Assembly (NCBI GenBank): GCA_051362555.1
Contig: JBPQGU010000016.1
Coordinates: 2,790,001-2,854,000, forward strand
Source of the DNA: Lingula anatina
Taxonomy: Eukaryota > Animalia > Brachiopoda
Direction of reading: 5' to 3'
Length of the DNA stretch: 64,000 nt
In this document: positions 39,549 through 51,537 of the stretch, piece by piece
Layout: every line of letters begins with the position of its first letter
How positions within the stretch are numbered: the first letter of the stretch is position 1
Translations under genes and position numbers: made by a program
The notes under the pieces: model-generated
Seen by the model: the letters and a program-made list of their open reading frames with translations, nothing else
What the model was told of the DNA's origin: nothing
The model's database searches: none

Positions 39549-42413
39549 TTATTTATTATTTTTTAAAATATCTTTTAAATAAATACCAGTTAATGATTTT
39601 TTATTTTTTGCTATTTCTTCAGGTGTACCACTTGCAACAATTGAACCGCCATTTATACCTCCATATGGACCTAAATCAATTATATAATCAGAACATTTAA
39701 TAACATCTAAATTATGTTCAATTAATATTATTGTTTCACCATTGTTAACTAATGTATCTAAAACATCAATTAATTTTTTTACATCATATGTATGTAACCC
39801 AGTAGTTGGTTCATCAAGTAAATACATTGTTTTTCCAGTTGCTTTTTTTTGTAAAAATTTAGCTAACTTTATTCTTTGTGATTCACCACCAGATAATTTT
39901 GTAGATGATTGTCCTAATTTAATATAACCTAAACCTACTTTTTCTAAAGTTTCTAATTTCTTAAAAATTTTTGGATGATTTTTAAAAAAATCTAATGCAT
40001 ATGAAACTTCCATTTCTAAAACATCATAAATATTTTTACCTTTATAAATAATATCTAAAGTTTCATCATTATATCTTTTACCATGACATTCATCACATTT
40101 AACAGAAACATCAGGTAAAAATAACATTGAATAATAAATATGACCATCACCTTTACATTTTTGACATCTTCCGCCATCTACATTAAATGAAAATCTACTT
40201 GATGTATAACCTCTTTTTTTAGATTCAATTGTACTTGCATATAAAATACGTATTTCATCAAAAACAGATACATATGTTGCAGGATTACTTCTTGAAGTTT
40301 TTCCAATTGGTTTTTGTGAAATAAAAATTATATCTTGTATATTTTCATTTATATTTTTTATTTTTTTAAAATTTCCTGGTTTTTCTTTAAAATCATCATT
40401 TAAATGTTTTTTAATTCCTTTATAAATTATTTCATTTAATAAAGTAGATTTTCCAGAACCTGAAATACCTGTAATAGAAACAAACATATTTAATGGTATT
40501 TTTAATGAAATATCTTTTAAATTATTTTCTTTTGCATTTAAAATTTCAATATATTTTTTATTTCCATTTCTTCTTTTTTTAGGAATTTCAATTTTATCAA
40601 TTTTATTTATAAAATTACAAGTTATTGAATCTTTACAATTTTTAAAATTAGATATTTTTCCTGAATATAAAATGTCGCCACCTTTTGTACCACCATATTT
40701 TCCAATATCAACAACTCAATCTGAACTTAAAATTGTTTCTTCATCATGTTCTACAACAATTACAGTATTTCCTAAATCTCTCATTGATTTTAATGTTTCA
40801 ATTAATCTTTTATTATCATATTGATGTAATCCAATTGATGGTTCATCTAAAATATAAATTATTCCAGTTAAACTTGAACCTATTTGTGTAGCTAATCTAA
40901 TTCTTTGTGATTCTCCACCTGAAAGTGTTTTTGCATTTCTTCCTAATGTTAAATAATCTAAACCAACAGAAATTAAAAATTTTAATCTATTTTCTATTTC
41001 TAAAACTATAATTTTAGAAATTTCTTTTTTAAATCCATCTAAATTTAAATTTTTTATAAATTTAAATAAATCTGAAATACTCATTTGATTTAATTCAAAA
41101 ATATTTTTTTCATTTATTTTTACACATAATGATTCTTTTTTTAAACGTGAACCATTACATTCATTACAATCAATTTGAATTAAATATTTTTTACTTTGTT
41201 TATGATGAATTGATTCACTTTTAGTTTTTAAAAATTTGCTTTCAATTATATTTTTTAATCCAACATATGGATGATTAAAATTTCACTTATTTCCACTTTT
41301 TTTACTAATTAAAGAATATTTAATTTTTTGATCACCAGAACCATTTAAAATTAATTCTATTTCTTTTTTAGTTAAGTTTTTGACTGGTTTATCTCTATTA
41401 ATTTTAAAAAAATCACAAAAAGTTTTAAATTTAACTCAATCTCAATTATTTTCATTACCTGAAATTGTTCTATAAAAATCAATACCACCTTCATTAATTG
41501 TTAATCAATTATTTTTAATTAATAAATTTCAATCAACACTTAATATTTTTCCTAAACCCTTACATTTTGAACAAGCACCTTGTATTGTATTAAATGAAAA
41601 TAAACTTGGTTCTATATCTTTTAAACCAAAATTACAAATTTTACAATTATATTTTGTTGAAAAAAACAATTCTTTTTCTTTTTTATTTTCAATATATTTA
41701 ATAATTACATTACCATTTCCATATTTTGTAGCAATTTCTAAATCAGAATAAATTTTTTCTTGTGTACTTTCATCAAGATTAAAATTTATATTTTCAATTA
41801 ATATTGAAATATTATGTTTTAAATTTTTATTTAATTTAATATCTTCATCTAAAGTTCTTTGTTTACCATTAACTATAACATTTCAAAAACCTTCTTTTTT
41901 AAAATCATTAAATAATTTTTTAAAAATACCTTTTTTATTTTCAACAACTGGTGAAAAAATAGAAATATTTGTATTTAATTTAATTAAATTATTTATTTTT
42001 TTTAACATTGAACTTAAAGTTAATGTTTCGATTTTTCCATGTAAATTTATACAATATGTACTACCAACTCTTGAAAATAAAAGTCTTAAATAATCATATA
42101 TTTCTGTTATTGTTCCAACAATTGATCTAGGATTAAAACCACTTGTTTTTTGATTAATAGCAATTGTTGGAGATAAACCAATTATTTGTTCAACATCTGG
42201 TTTTTCAATATTTCCTAAAAATTGTCTTGCATATGTTGAAAGAGATTCAATATATCTTCTTTTTCCTTCATTATAAATTGTTGAAAAAGCTAATGATGTC
42301 TTCCCAGAACCTGAAACGCCAGTAAAAACAATTAATTTATTTTTTGGTATTTTTAAATTTATATTCTTTAAATTTTTTTCTTTTGCACCTTTAATAATTA
42401 AATGGTTGATCAT
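39549..42413 (-). CDS. uvrA: Excinuclease ABC subunit A
   Basis: Two Walker A motifs (GVSGSGKT, GISGSGKS), two LSGGE, zinc fingers. Confidence 0.97.
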
Positions 42414-42447
42414 TTTTTTTCATTCCTTTTTAAAATATTTTATTTTT

Positions 42448-44421
42448 TTATTTTTGGTTTTTAAACTTTAATTCAAAAATAATATCTCTTATTTTTGCAG
42501 CTAATTCAAAATCCATTTTTTTTACAGCTTTATGCATTTTTTTATTTAATAATTTAATTGTTTTTACTATTTCTTCTTTATTTATTTTTTTAATTTTTTT
42601 ATTTTCAATTTTTTTATATAAATTTTTAATATCATCTTCTAAAAATATATCTTCAATTGGTTTTTGAATTGTTTTAGGAATAATATTATATTCTTTATTA
42701 TATTTAATTTGTATTTTTCTTCTTTCATTTGTTTCATCAATTGTTTCTTTTATATCTTTTGTTAATTTATCAAAATACATTATTACTTTTCCATCTTTAT
42801 TTCTACTTGCTCTACCAACAATTTGAATTAAAGATCTTCTGCTTCTTAAAAAACCAATTTTATCTGCATCTAAAATTACAACTAACATTATTTCTGGAAT
42901 ATCAAGTCCTTCTCTTAATAAATTAATACCAACAACAACATCAAAAATTCCTTTTCTTAAATTAATTAATGTTTTAACTCTTTCAAATGTTTTTAAATTA
43001 CTATGTATATATGCAACTTTAAAATTATTTTCTTGTAAATGTTTTGTTAAATCTTCAGCCATTTTAATTGTTAAAGTTAAAACAAAAACTCTTCCATTTT
43101 TTTTAATTACTTTTTTAATTTGATCTTTTAAATCATCAAATTGATTTTTTGTACTTTTACAAAAAATTTCAGGATCTAAAAGACCAGTTGGTCTTATAAT
43201 TTGTTTTACAACTTGAATATCTTTTAAATTCATTTCATAATCACCTGGAGTTGCAGATAAAAATATTACATTTTTCATTCTATTTTCAAATTCATTAAAA
43301 TTTAATGGTCTGTTTGCAAATGCAGATTCTAATCTAAATCCATAATCAATTAAATTTTTCTTTCTTGAATAATTTGCAAAATACATACCTTTAATTTGTG
43401 GAATTGTAATATGTGATTCATCAATAATTAAAAGAAAATCATCTCCAAAAAAATCTAAAAGCGTATATGGTTCATCATTTATTTTTCTTTTATCAAAATA
43501 CATTGAATAATTTTCTATTCCCTTACATGTATTTATTTCTTTCATCATTTCTAAATCATTTAAAACTCTTTTTTCAATTCTATATGCTTCAACTAATTTA
43601 TTGTTTTTCTTAAAAAATTTTATTCTTTCAATTAATTCATCTTTAATTAAACTTAATGTTTCATTAATTGTTTTATTTTCAACAATATATTCCATTCCAG
43701 GAAAAATTTTATATTCTTTATATTCTTTTAAAATTTTAAAATTTAAAGAATCTAATTCTTTAATTCATATTATTTTTGAATTTAATAAATTAATTTGTAA
43801 TATTTTATTTTCATCACTATTATTTATTGTAATAAAATTTCCCTTAACCATAAAATTAGAAAATTCTAATATATAATCATTCCTTTTATATCCAGATTTA
43901 ATTAATTTACTTAATAATTCATCTTTTGTTATTTTTTGATTTTGTTTTAATGTAAAAATAAATGATTTATATTCAAATGGATTTGTAACACCAAAAATAG
44001 ATGCAACAGATGAAACAATAATTGTACTTTCATTTGATGATAATGCATTTAAAGCATTTAATCTCATTTCTTTTATATCAAAATTTCATTTAACAGATTT
44101 ATCAATATAAATATCGCTATTTGGTAAATATGATTCAGGTCTATAAAAATCAAATGGAGAAATAAAATATTTAACTTTATTTTTTGGAAAAAAAGTTTTT
44201 AATTCTGAATATAATTGCATTGAAAGTGTTTTATTATGACAAATAATTAATGTATTTTTATTTAATTTTTCAATTATATTTGCAACAGTAAATGTTTTAC
44301 CTGTACCAGTTGAACCATATAAAATATTTTTTGTTTTATTATTTAAAATATTATTTGTTATTGTTTCAATTGAATTATTTTGATCACCTTTTGGTTTGAA
44401 TTTAGAAATTAATTTAAACAT
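42448..44421 (-). CDS. uvrB: Excinuclease ABC subunit B
   Basis: GSTGTGKT, IDESH, SATPG, GINLLREGLDIPE, C-terminal UVR domain. Confidence 0.97.
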
Positions 44422-44489
44422 TTTTTTTTAATACTTTGACATAATTATAAACATTAATTTCTATTAAATCTAAAAAACAAAATTAAATT

Positions 44490-46070
44490 TTATTTTTTAG
44501 ATTTTCAAAAGAAAAAAATACTTAATAAAAAATTTAAAATTATTGTAATATATGTAATAATTTTTTCATAAGTAAAAAAATTTGGTTCAATTTTTACATT
44601 AAAATTTAATTGTTTTTCCACTCATTCTTTTGTTTTTATTGAAGTATTAGAAAAAATATAATAATCTAATTCAAATAATTTAAAAAAACCATAAATTAAT
44701 AAAAAAATTAAAATAGGTAATACTAAAAAATTTAAAATTTTTCTTAATCAATCAAATTTAGTTGTTTTTATATAACTAAATTTTTCATTATAATGTAATA
44801 TTTTTTTATAATCTTTATAATTTATAAGTACAAATATTTCATAACAGCCAATCAATAATATAAATTGATTAATTCAAACATCTTGTACATCAACCATTTT
44901 CTTTTGATTTAAAAATATAAAAAACAAATAATGTATTAATGCTCAAAAAGATCAAAATAAAAGACCTTTTTTTCTAGTTGTTTTTTTAAAAAAATAAACA
45001 TTTGAATCAACAAAAACTTCTATTGCAAATAAAATAGATGAAAAAGATGCAAATAACAAACTTATTATTAAAAATACAAACAAAATATGTCCTAAAATTT
45101 TTGATTGCATATTATAAAATAATTTAGGCAATTCAATAAAAATTATTGATGAACCACCAGCTGTTTCTTTTTTAAAAAATAAATCTAATTTATTTAAAAT
45201 TTCTTTTTCAGATAAATAAATAGAAAAATCATTTACAACAATTGTAGTAATCAAAATACAACTTAAAATAGCAACAAAGGTATCAATAAAAATCATAAAT
45301 AATATATCATTAGTTTTATCTTTTTTTATATTTGAATTTTTACTTAAAACAAAATGGATGCCATAAAAAATTGCAGTTGAAAACATAGCTTGAATAGTAG
45401 CTTTTTTTCAAACATTAAAATTTATAAAAGATTTTGTATCAAATTTAAATAATTTTATAATTGCATACTTAGAATTTTTTTGTAATAGACCATAAATTGT
45501 TAAAAAAATTAATAATAAAAATAAAATAGGAACTAAAATTTTATTTGTTTTTTCCAAACCTTTTTTAATACCTAAAGAAATGATAAAAAAAATTAAAAAT
45601 AATAAAATTATAAATCCTATTAATGTTAAATATGAAAAATTAAAAATATTTTCATTACTTGGTAACTGTAAAATGTTTTTTTCAAAAAAATTACTATTTA
45701 ATGCTCAATTTTTAAAATTATATTTACTAAAAGAAAAAAACATACTAATAAAAATTCAAGAAATAATTACTAAATAATAAATACATGAAAATAATGAAAA
45801 TATAACTTGTATTCAACCAAATAAAAATCCTCTATTTTTATCAACTTTAAAAAAACATACAATAACATTTTTTTTAAAAAATAAACCATATTGAAATTCC
45901 AATAATATTATTGGAAAAACAATTAAAAACAAAACAATAATATAAATTAAAATAAATGATGAACCACCAGAAGTTATAACTTCTTTTGGAAACCTTCAAA
46001 TACTACCTAATCCTATAAGTGCACCAACACTTGATATTAAAAAACCAAATCTTGAAAATTTATTTTTCAT
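44490..46070 (-). CDS. NSS/SNF-family sodium-dependent transporter 1 (divergent)
   Basis: FSRFGFLISSVGALIGLGSIWRFP...GGSSFILIY; GLEKTNKILVP. Confidence 0.88.
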
Positions 46071-46093
46071 TTTATTATTAATAAATTTTAAAT

Positions 46094-47296
46094 TTAAATA
46101 AAATTCAATACTTCTCTTAAAATCATTTCTTCTTCATCTGTTTTAATTATTAAAATTTGAATTTTTGATTCTGGTTTTGTTAAATAAAAATAATTACTTT
46201 TACTATCTTTTTTTAACATAATTCAATTTTTATTTAAATCAAAATTTAAAAGAAAAAGTCTTTTTAAAATACTTTTAACTATATAAGAACTGTTTTGTCC
46301 TATTCCTCCAGTAAAAACTAAATATTTTAATTTACCTTCTAAATCATTTGTATATTGAACAATATAATTTGCAACTGCTTTTGAATATAAATCTAATGAT
46401 AATTTTGCTCTTTTATTTCCATTATTTGAAGCTTTTTCAATATCTCTAATATCTGATGAAATACCTGAAACAGCTAATAATCCTGATTTATTATTTAAAA
46501 TTTTTAATATATCATCTAAACTTAAATTTGTTTTAGAATTAATATATTTAAATATCATTGGATCAACTTTGCCACAACGTGTTGACATAATAAATCCAGA
46601 AATTGCACTAAAATCAAATGTATTATTTACACTTATACTATCTTTTATTTCTGAAATACTTGAACCATTTCCTAAATGACAAACAATAGCATTAATTTTT
46701 TCACTTTTACATTTTGAAATATTTTTTAATTCATTTAAAACATATTGATAACTTATTCCATGAAAACCATATTTTTGAACTCCATATTCTTCATATCATT
46801 TTCATGGTAATGGTAAAACTTTATTAATTAATGGTATATTTTTATGAAATGATGTATCAAAAACTAAAATATTTTTTATATTTTTTATATTTTTTTTTGT
46901 AGCTTTTAATACTTTTAAACTAGCATCTATATGTAATGGTGCTAATGGAATTAATTTTTTTAAATCACAAATAATTTGTTCATTTAATAAACAAGAATCT
47001 AAATATTTTCTTCCTCCATGAACAATTCTGTGTCCTACTGCTTTAATATCATTAAATTTTTTTATAATTTTATTTTCTTTTAATAAAGTAAAAAGAAAAT
47101 TAATTGCAATTTCATGATTATAAAACTTTTTATAAATTATTTTTTTTGTATTTTTAAAATAAAAAATACAATTACCATCAATACCTATTTTTTCTAAAAG
47201 TCCATTACAAACAACATAAAATTTATCATCTTTTAGATGATAAAGTTTAAATTTTATTGAACTTGAACCTGCATTTAAAATTAAAATTAATTTCAT
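46094..47296 (-). CDS. ackA: Acetate kinase
   Basis: NAGSSS, GHRIVHGG, FDTSFH, YGFHG, HLGNG, TRCG, FTGGIG, TDEE. Confidence 0.95.
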
Positions 47297-47319
47297 TTTT
47301 CTTACTCCACATATTAAAA

Positions 47320-48027
47320 TTATTGATAAATATCTAATATATTTTTATTTAAAAATATATTAATAAAAACTTTATATACAACAAATGTATTAAAAAATAA
47401 AAATGGAATAGATTTTAATCTTACTAAAATTTGTTGTAAAAAGTCAAGGTTTAATTTGATTTTTAACTCTAATGGTGTTATTAATAAATAAAAAAAATAA
47501 TTTAAAAAAAATAAAGAAAAAATTATAAAAAATATTAAAAAATTATAATTTTTTAAATAAATAAAAAAAATATAAAAAAATATAAAAAATAACAAATAAA
47601 TCATTGAAATAAAAATAAAAATATAATTAAAATTTGAAATTATAAAATTATTTTTTTTATAAAAATAATTTATAAAAAATAATATAGATAAAAATATTAA
47701 AAGATAAACTAATATATAAAAAATAACAAATAAAAATTTTTTAATATTTTTTTTATAATAAATAAAACATTTAAATAAACAACCAATTAAAATCATAAAT
47801 AATCTTTGAAAAACAATTATTGAAATACCCAATCCACGTCATCAAAAACTAATATCAACAACTATTCCAACTAATAAACCATAAAATGGACCTAATAAAA
47901 AACCAGATATAAAAAATAATATATTTTCAACTTTAAAATAAATCAAAACATGTATTAAAACAATAAAAAAAGAAGACAAAATAATTTTCTTTAATTTTTT
48001 GTTAATAAAAAATCTATAATTTAGCAT
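47320..48027 (-). CDS. Membrane protein resembling an ECF transporter S component
   Basis: ISGFLLGPFYGLLVGIVVDI fits the S-component G-x-x-x-GP-x-x-G...D pattern; about 6 TM. Confidence 0.65.
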
Positions 48028-48033
48028 AAAAAT

Positions 48034-48708
48034 TTAAAGTTTTATTAAAAGAAAAATGAACAAAAATACTAACAAAGAAATCATAAACACTTTTGATAGA
48101 ATTTTTAATTTTGCTTCTTTTAAATTTACCTCATAATCAATAAATGGTTTTGGATTAATATTTTTTTTAATAATTTTATTAATACTTTTTTTAAAAACTA
48201 AATCTAACAAATTACAAATATTAAAGTCATTTAATATATTTTTTTTACAATATTTAATTTTTAATTCATCTGCAAATTCTAAAATAGAAATTGCAGATGA
48301 ACTTGAAAATGCTAATCTTAAAAGAAAAAAAGAATCTATTAATTTAAAATTAAAAATTTTTATTTTATAAAACTTACATTTTTTATATAAAAAATTATAA
48401 AAAAATCTAATTTGATTTCCTATAATTAAATAATCTTTACAAAAATTTAAAATAAAATTATAAGCATTTTTAAAATCTAATTCTTGAGATTTTTCAATAT
48501 TAAAAATACCTTGTTTTTTATATTCTGTTACATCATAAGAGTTTTCTAATTTAAAATCTATTTTTTTATAAATAATTTCATTATTATTTATTTTTTTAAA
48601 ATATATTCTATAAATTTCTGAACTAGATAAAACTCTAAAATCAACTATAATATATTTTTTAATGTTTTTTTCTTGTTTTATTTTATTTAAAATTTTTAAA
48701 TAATTCAT
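48034..48708 (-). CDS. Degenerate DEDDh/DnaQ-like exonuclease-fold protein with a C-terminal TM
   Basis: YIIVDFR, IIGNQIRFFYNFL and KLIDSF echo the Exo motifs, but most catalytic residues are missing. Confidence 0.55.
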   Translation of the reverse strand: MNYLKILNKIKQEKNIKKYIIVDFRVLSSSEIYRIYFKKINNNEIIYKKIDFKLENSYDVTEYKKQGIFNIEKSQELDFKNAYNFILNFCKDYLIIGNQIRFFYNFLYKKCKFYKIKIFNFKLIDSFFLLRLAFSSSSAISILEFADELKIKYCKKNILNDFNICNLLDLVFKKSINKIIKKNINPKPFIDYEVNLKEAKLKILSKVFMISLLVFLFIFLLIKL

Positions 48709-48731
48709 ATCATTTAAATTAAAAAATAAAT

Positions 48732-50510
48732 TTAATTACTTAATTTTTTTACAATATCAATCAAAATATCTTGCATTGTATTTTTGTATTTTAAAAGATC
48801 TTTTGCATATTTTTTTCAAGATGTAAAAAATGCAATAATTTTATTTTCTTTTATTGAATATGCAATTGTAAATCCATCATTTTGAACAGGTCAAAATACA
48901 AATGATGTAAGTGTTTTATAACTCATATTTGAAGTTGACATTCTTTGTTTTGTAAAAAGTTTATAAAAATCTGTATCTATAATTGGTAAAACATTATGAT
49001 CATTATTTTTAAATTCTTTATTTTGTAACTTTAAAGCTAATAAATGTCTTTCAATACCACTTCCATTTTTACAATCTAAAACTTTTTTATAATGACTATT
49101 TTCAACATCTTTTAAATATTTTAAAATTTCATCTTTATTTTTAAATTTAATATTAAAATATTTATTATAAAACTTTATTATTGCATTTGATAATGGTCTT
49201 AAACATTCAGTTCTACCCATAAAAAATTTTCTTAAATCAACTGATTCATATGTTGAATAAAAATTATTAAATACTTTTTTTTGTGCTAATTGACCACATA
49301 ATTGAAAAAAACCATCTATAGATTTAATACCAATTTTTTTTAATTTATCTTTTCCAAAATCAATAATAAAATGTTCAAAAGCACATTCATTACATTTTTT
49401 TTTATAATTGATAAAATGTTTTTCTAATATTTTTTCTTCTTCTTTTAATAATTTAAAATCTAATAATTTAAAATCTAATAATTTATCATTTTTTGAATTA
49501 TTTTTTAAATTATTTAACATTGTATCCATATAATTTAACAAATATAAAAGTGTTCCACCATCAAAATATGTATGTTCCATAGTAATTGGACAATGTATTG
49601 TATTGTTTATACCAATATTTAAAGATTTGGAAAATCATCTATTCAAATTATTTTTTGAATCACCATTATAAGTTTTTTTAACTGCATCAAATTCATTTTC
49701 AACCTTTTGTGTATCAAAACAAAAAACAAAAATAGATTCTTTTAATTTTTTAATTAATTCAAAATTTCTTTTAAATATTTTTCTTTGTAATAAATAATCT
49801 TTTTTTCTATTTTTAGATAATTCAATATAATTTAATTTTGTTATATTTTTATCTTTAAAATTTTTAATTATTTCTCTTATTGTTTTTTCAATTGATTTTA
49901 TTGAACTTACTTTGTTATTTTTAATAATTTCTAAATTATAAAAAGCATTTTTATATGCAAAAATAATATTTGTTGATAAATCATCATTAATAATATATTT
50001 ATCAATTTTTTTTCCCATTATTCTATAACTTGCAAGCAATCCATGTAATTGATCTAATGAAATTTTATTATTTTTAATTTCAAAAAATTCAAATTTTTTA
50101 GGATTTTTTTTAAAATCTAAATAAAATTTTGAAATTGATCAAATAATAAAAGCAGATTTTTCAAAAATATCCATATTCTTTATTTTTTCATTACCTCAAC
50201 ATATTCCAGCACCAACAGATAAAACAGAATCATTAATATTTAAATACAAATCTCATCAATAATTTATTAAATAACTACTATTTTTATTTTCAAATTTTTT
50301 TAATAAATATTTTTGTGATTTTTTTATATAAGAAGAGTTCTTAAATTTTAATATTTCAGATTCTAAAATTTTTAAATCCAAATTATTTACTTTAAAAAAT
50401 GGAGTTAATCATTCTAATACTCTTTTAGATGTAACATCTAATGTTGGAACAGGTAAATTAGGTATTTTATTTTTATTTAATATTTTTTTTGAATATAAAA
50501 TGTTTGACAT
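48732..50510 (-). CDS. Choline/carnitine O-acyltransferase family protein, carnitine-type signature
   Basis: LPNLPVPTL, catalytic EHTYFDG, TYESVDLRKFFMGRTE, GIERHL, MSTSN; 592 aa. Confidence 0.93.
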
Positions 50511-50514
50511 AATA

Positions 50515-51495
50515 TTAATCAAATGTTTGGCTTAAAGTTATCAATGCAGTATTGAAAACCTCATCTTCATTTGCTCCTCTTGAAAGATCATTTACTGGTA
50601 AATTTAAACCATAAAGTATTGGTCCTATTGATTTACAATTACAAAAATGTTGTGCAATTTTATATCCAATATTTGCAGAATTTAAATCTGGAAATATAAA
50701 AATATTAGCAGATTTTTTAAATGTTTCTATATTATTAAATTTTTTATTTCTAATATTTTCATCAAATGCTGCATCAAATTGTATTTCACCTATAATTTTT
50801 ACATTCAAATCATTTATTTTATTTTTTAAAATTTCTGTTGCATCTTTAACTTTTTTTGTATGTTCATTTAATCCACCACTTCAATTTGTAGAAAAAGATA
50901 ACATTGCAACTTTTTTTTCATCATTATTAATTTTTTTTGAAAAATTAATTGTATTCATTGCAATATCTGCTAATTGTTTTGAATTTGGTTCAATATTTAA
51001 TGCACAATCTGCAAAAAAATAAACATTTTCATCTTTTATCATTATCATAGTACTACTTGAAAAATCAATATTTTCTTTAGTTTTAATAATTTTAAATGCT
51101 GGTATTAAAATATCTTTTGTAGAATAATTAATACCACCTAACAAACAATCTGCATATCCTTTTTTAAGTAAAATCATTGAAAAATAATTTGTTTTTCTTA
51201 CTAATTCTTTTATAATTTTTTTAGATATTTTATTTTTTGTATAAGAAATTAGTAATTCTTCCATTTCTTCAAATTCTTTCAATAAAATATTATTTAATAC
51301 AATTTTTTCAATATCTTTATTTAAATTATTAGGAATTTCATTTTCATTTTCAAAAACTAAAATACATTTTGATAAATTTAAATTTGTAATTCTATTTGCA
51401 ACATTTTGAATAATAATATTTTTTCCTTCTGGAAATAAAATCTTTTTTTTCTTATTTTCTTTTATTTTTTTAATAATTTTTTCAATAAAGTCCAT
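50515..51495 (-). CDS. pta: Phosphate acetyltransferase
   Basis: LFPEG, FADCALN, GEIQFDAA, FPDLNSANIGYK, PVNDLSRG; AAGGAG RBS. Confidence 0.96.
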
Positions 51496-51537
51496 TGTTT
51501 GACTCCTTTATTAAATTCTTTTTAATTTTTAATTAAA

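Noticed and set aside
49446-49485. 15-bp tandem repeat (KLLDF x2) in the acyltransferase, and other short AT tandem repeats near 28160, 35660 and 55630
   Set aside because: In-frame or intergenic slippage with no evidence of function.
48732-50510. Calling the acyltransferase a choline acetyltransferase (neurotransmitter synthesis)
   Set aside because: The specificity positions read GRTEC and ERHL (carnitine-type), not VDN and DNHL. Kept only as a less likely alternative.
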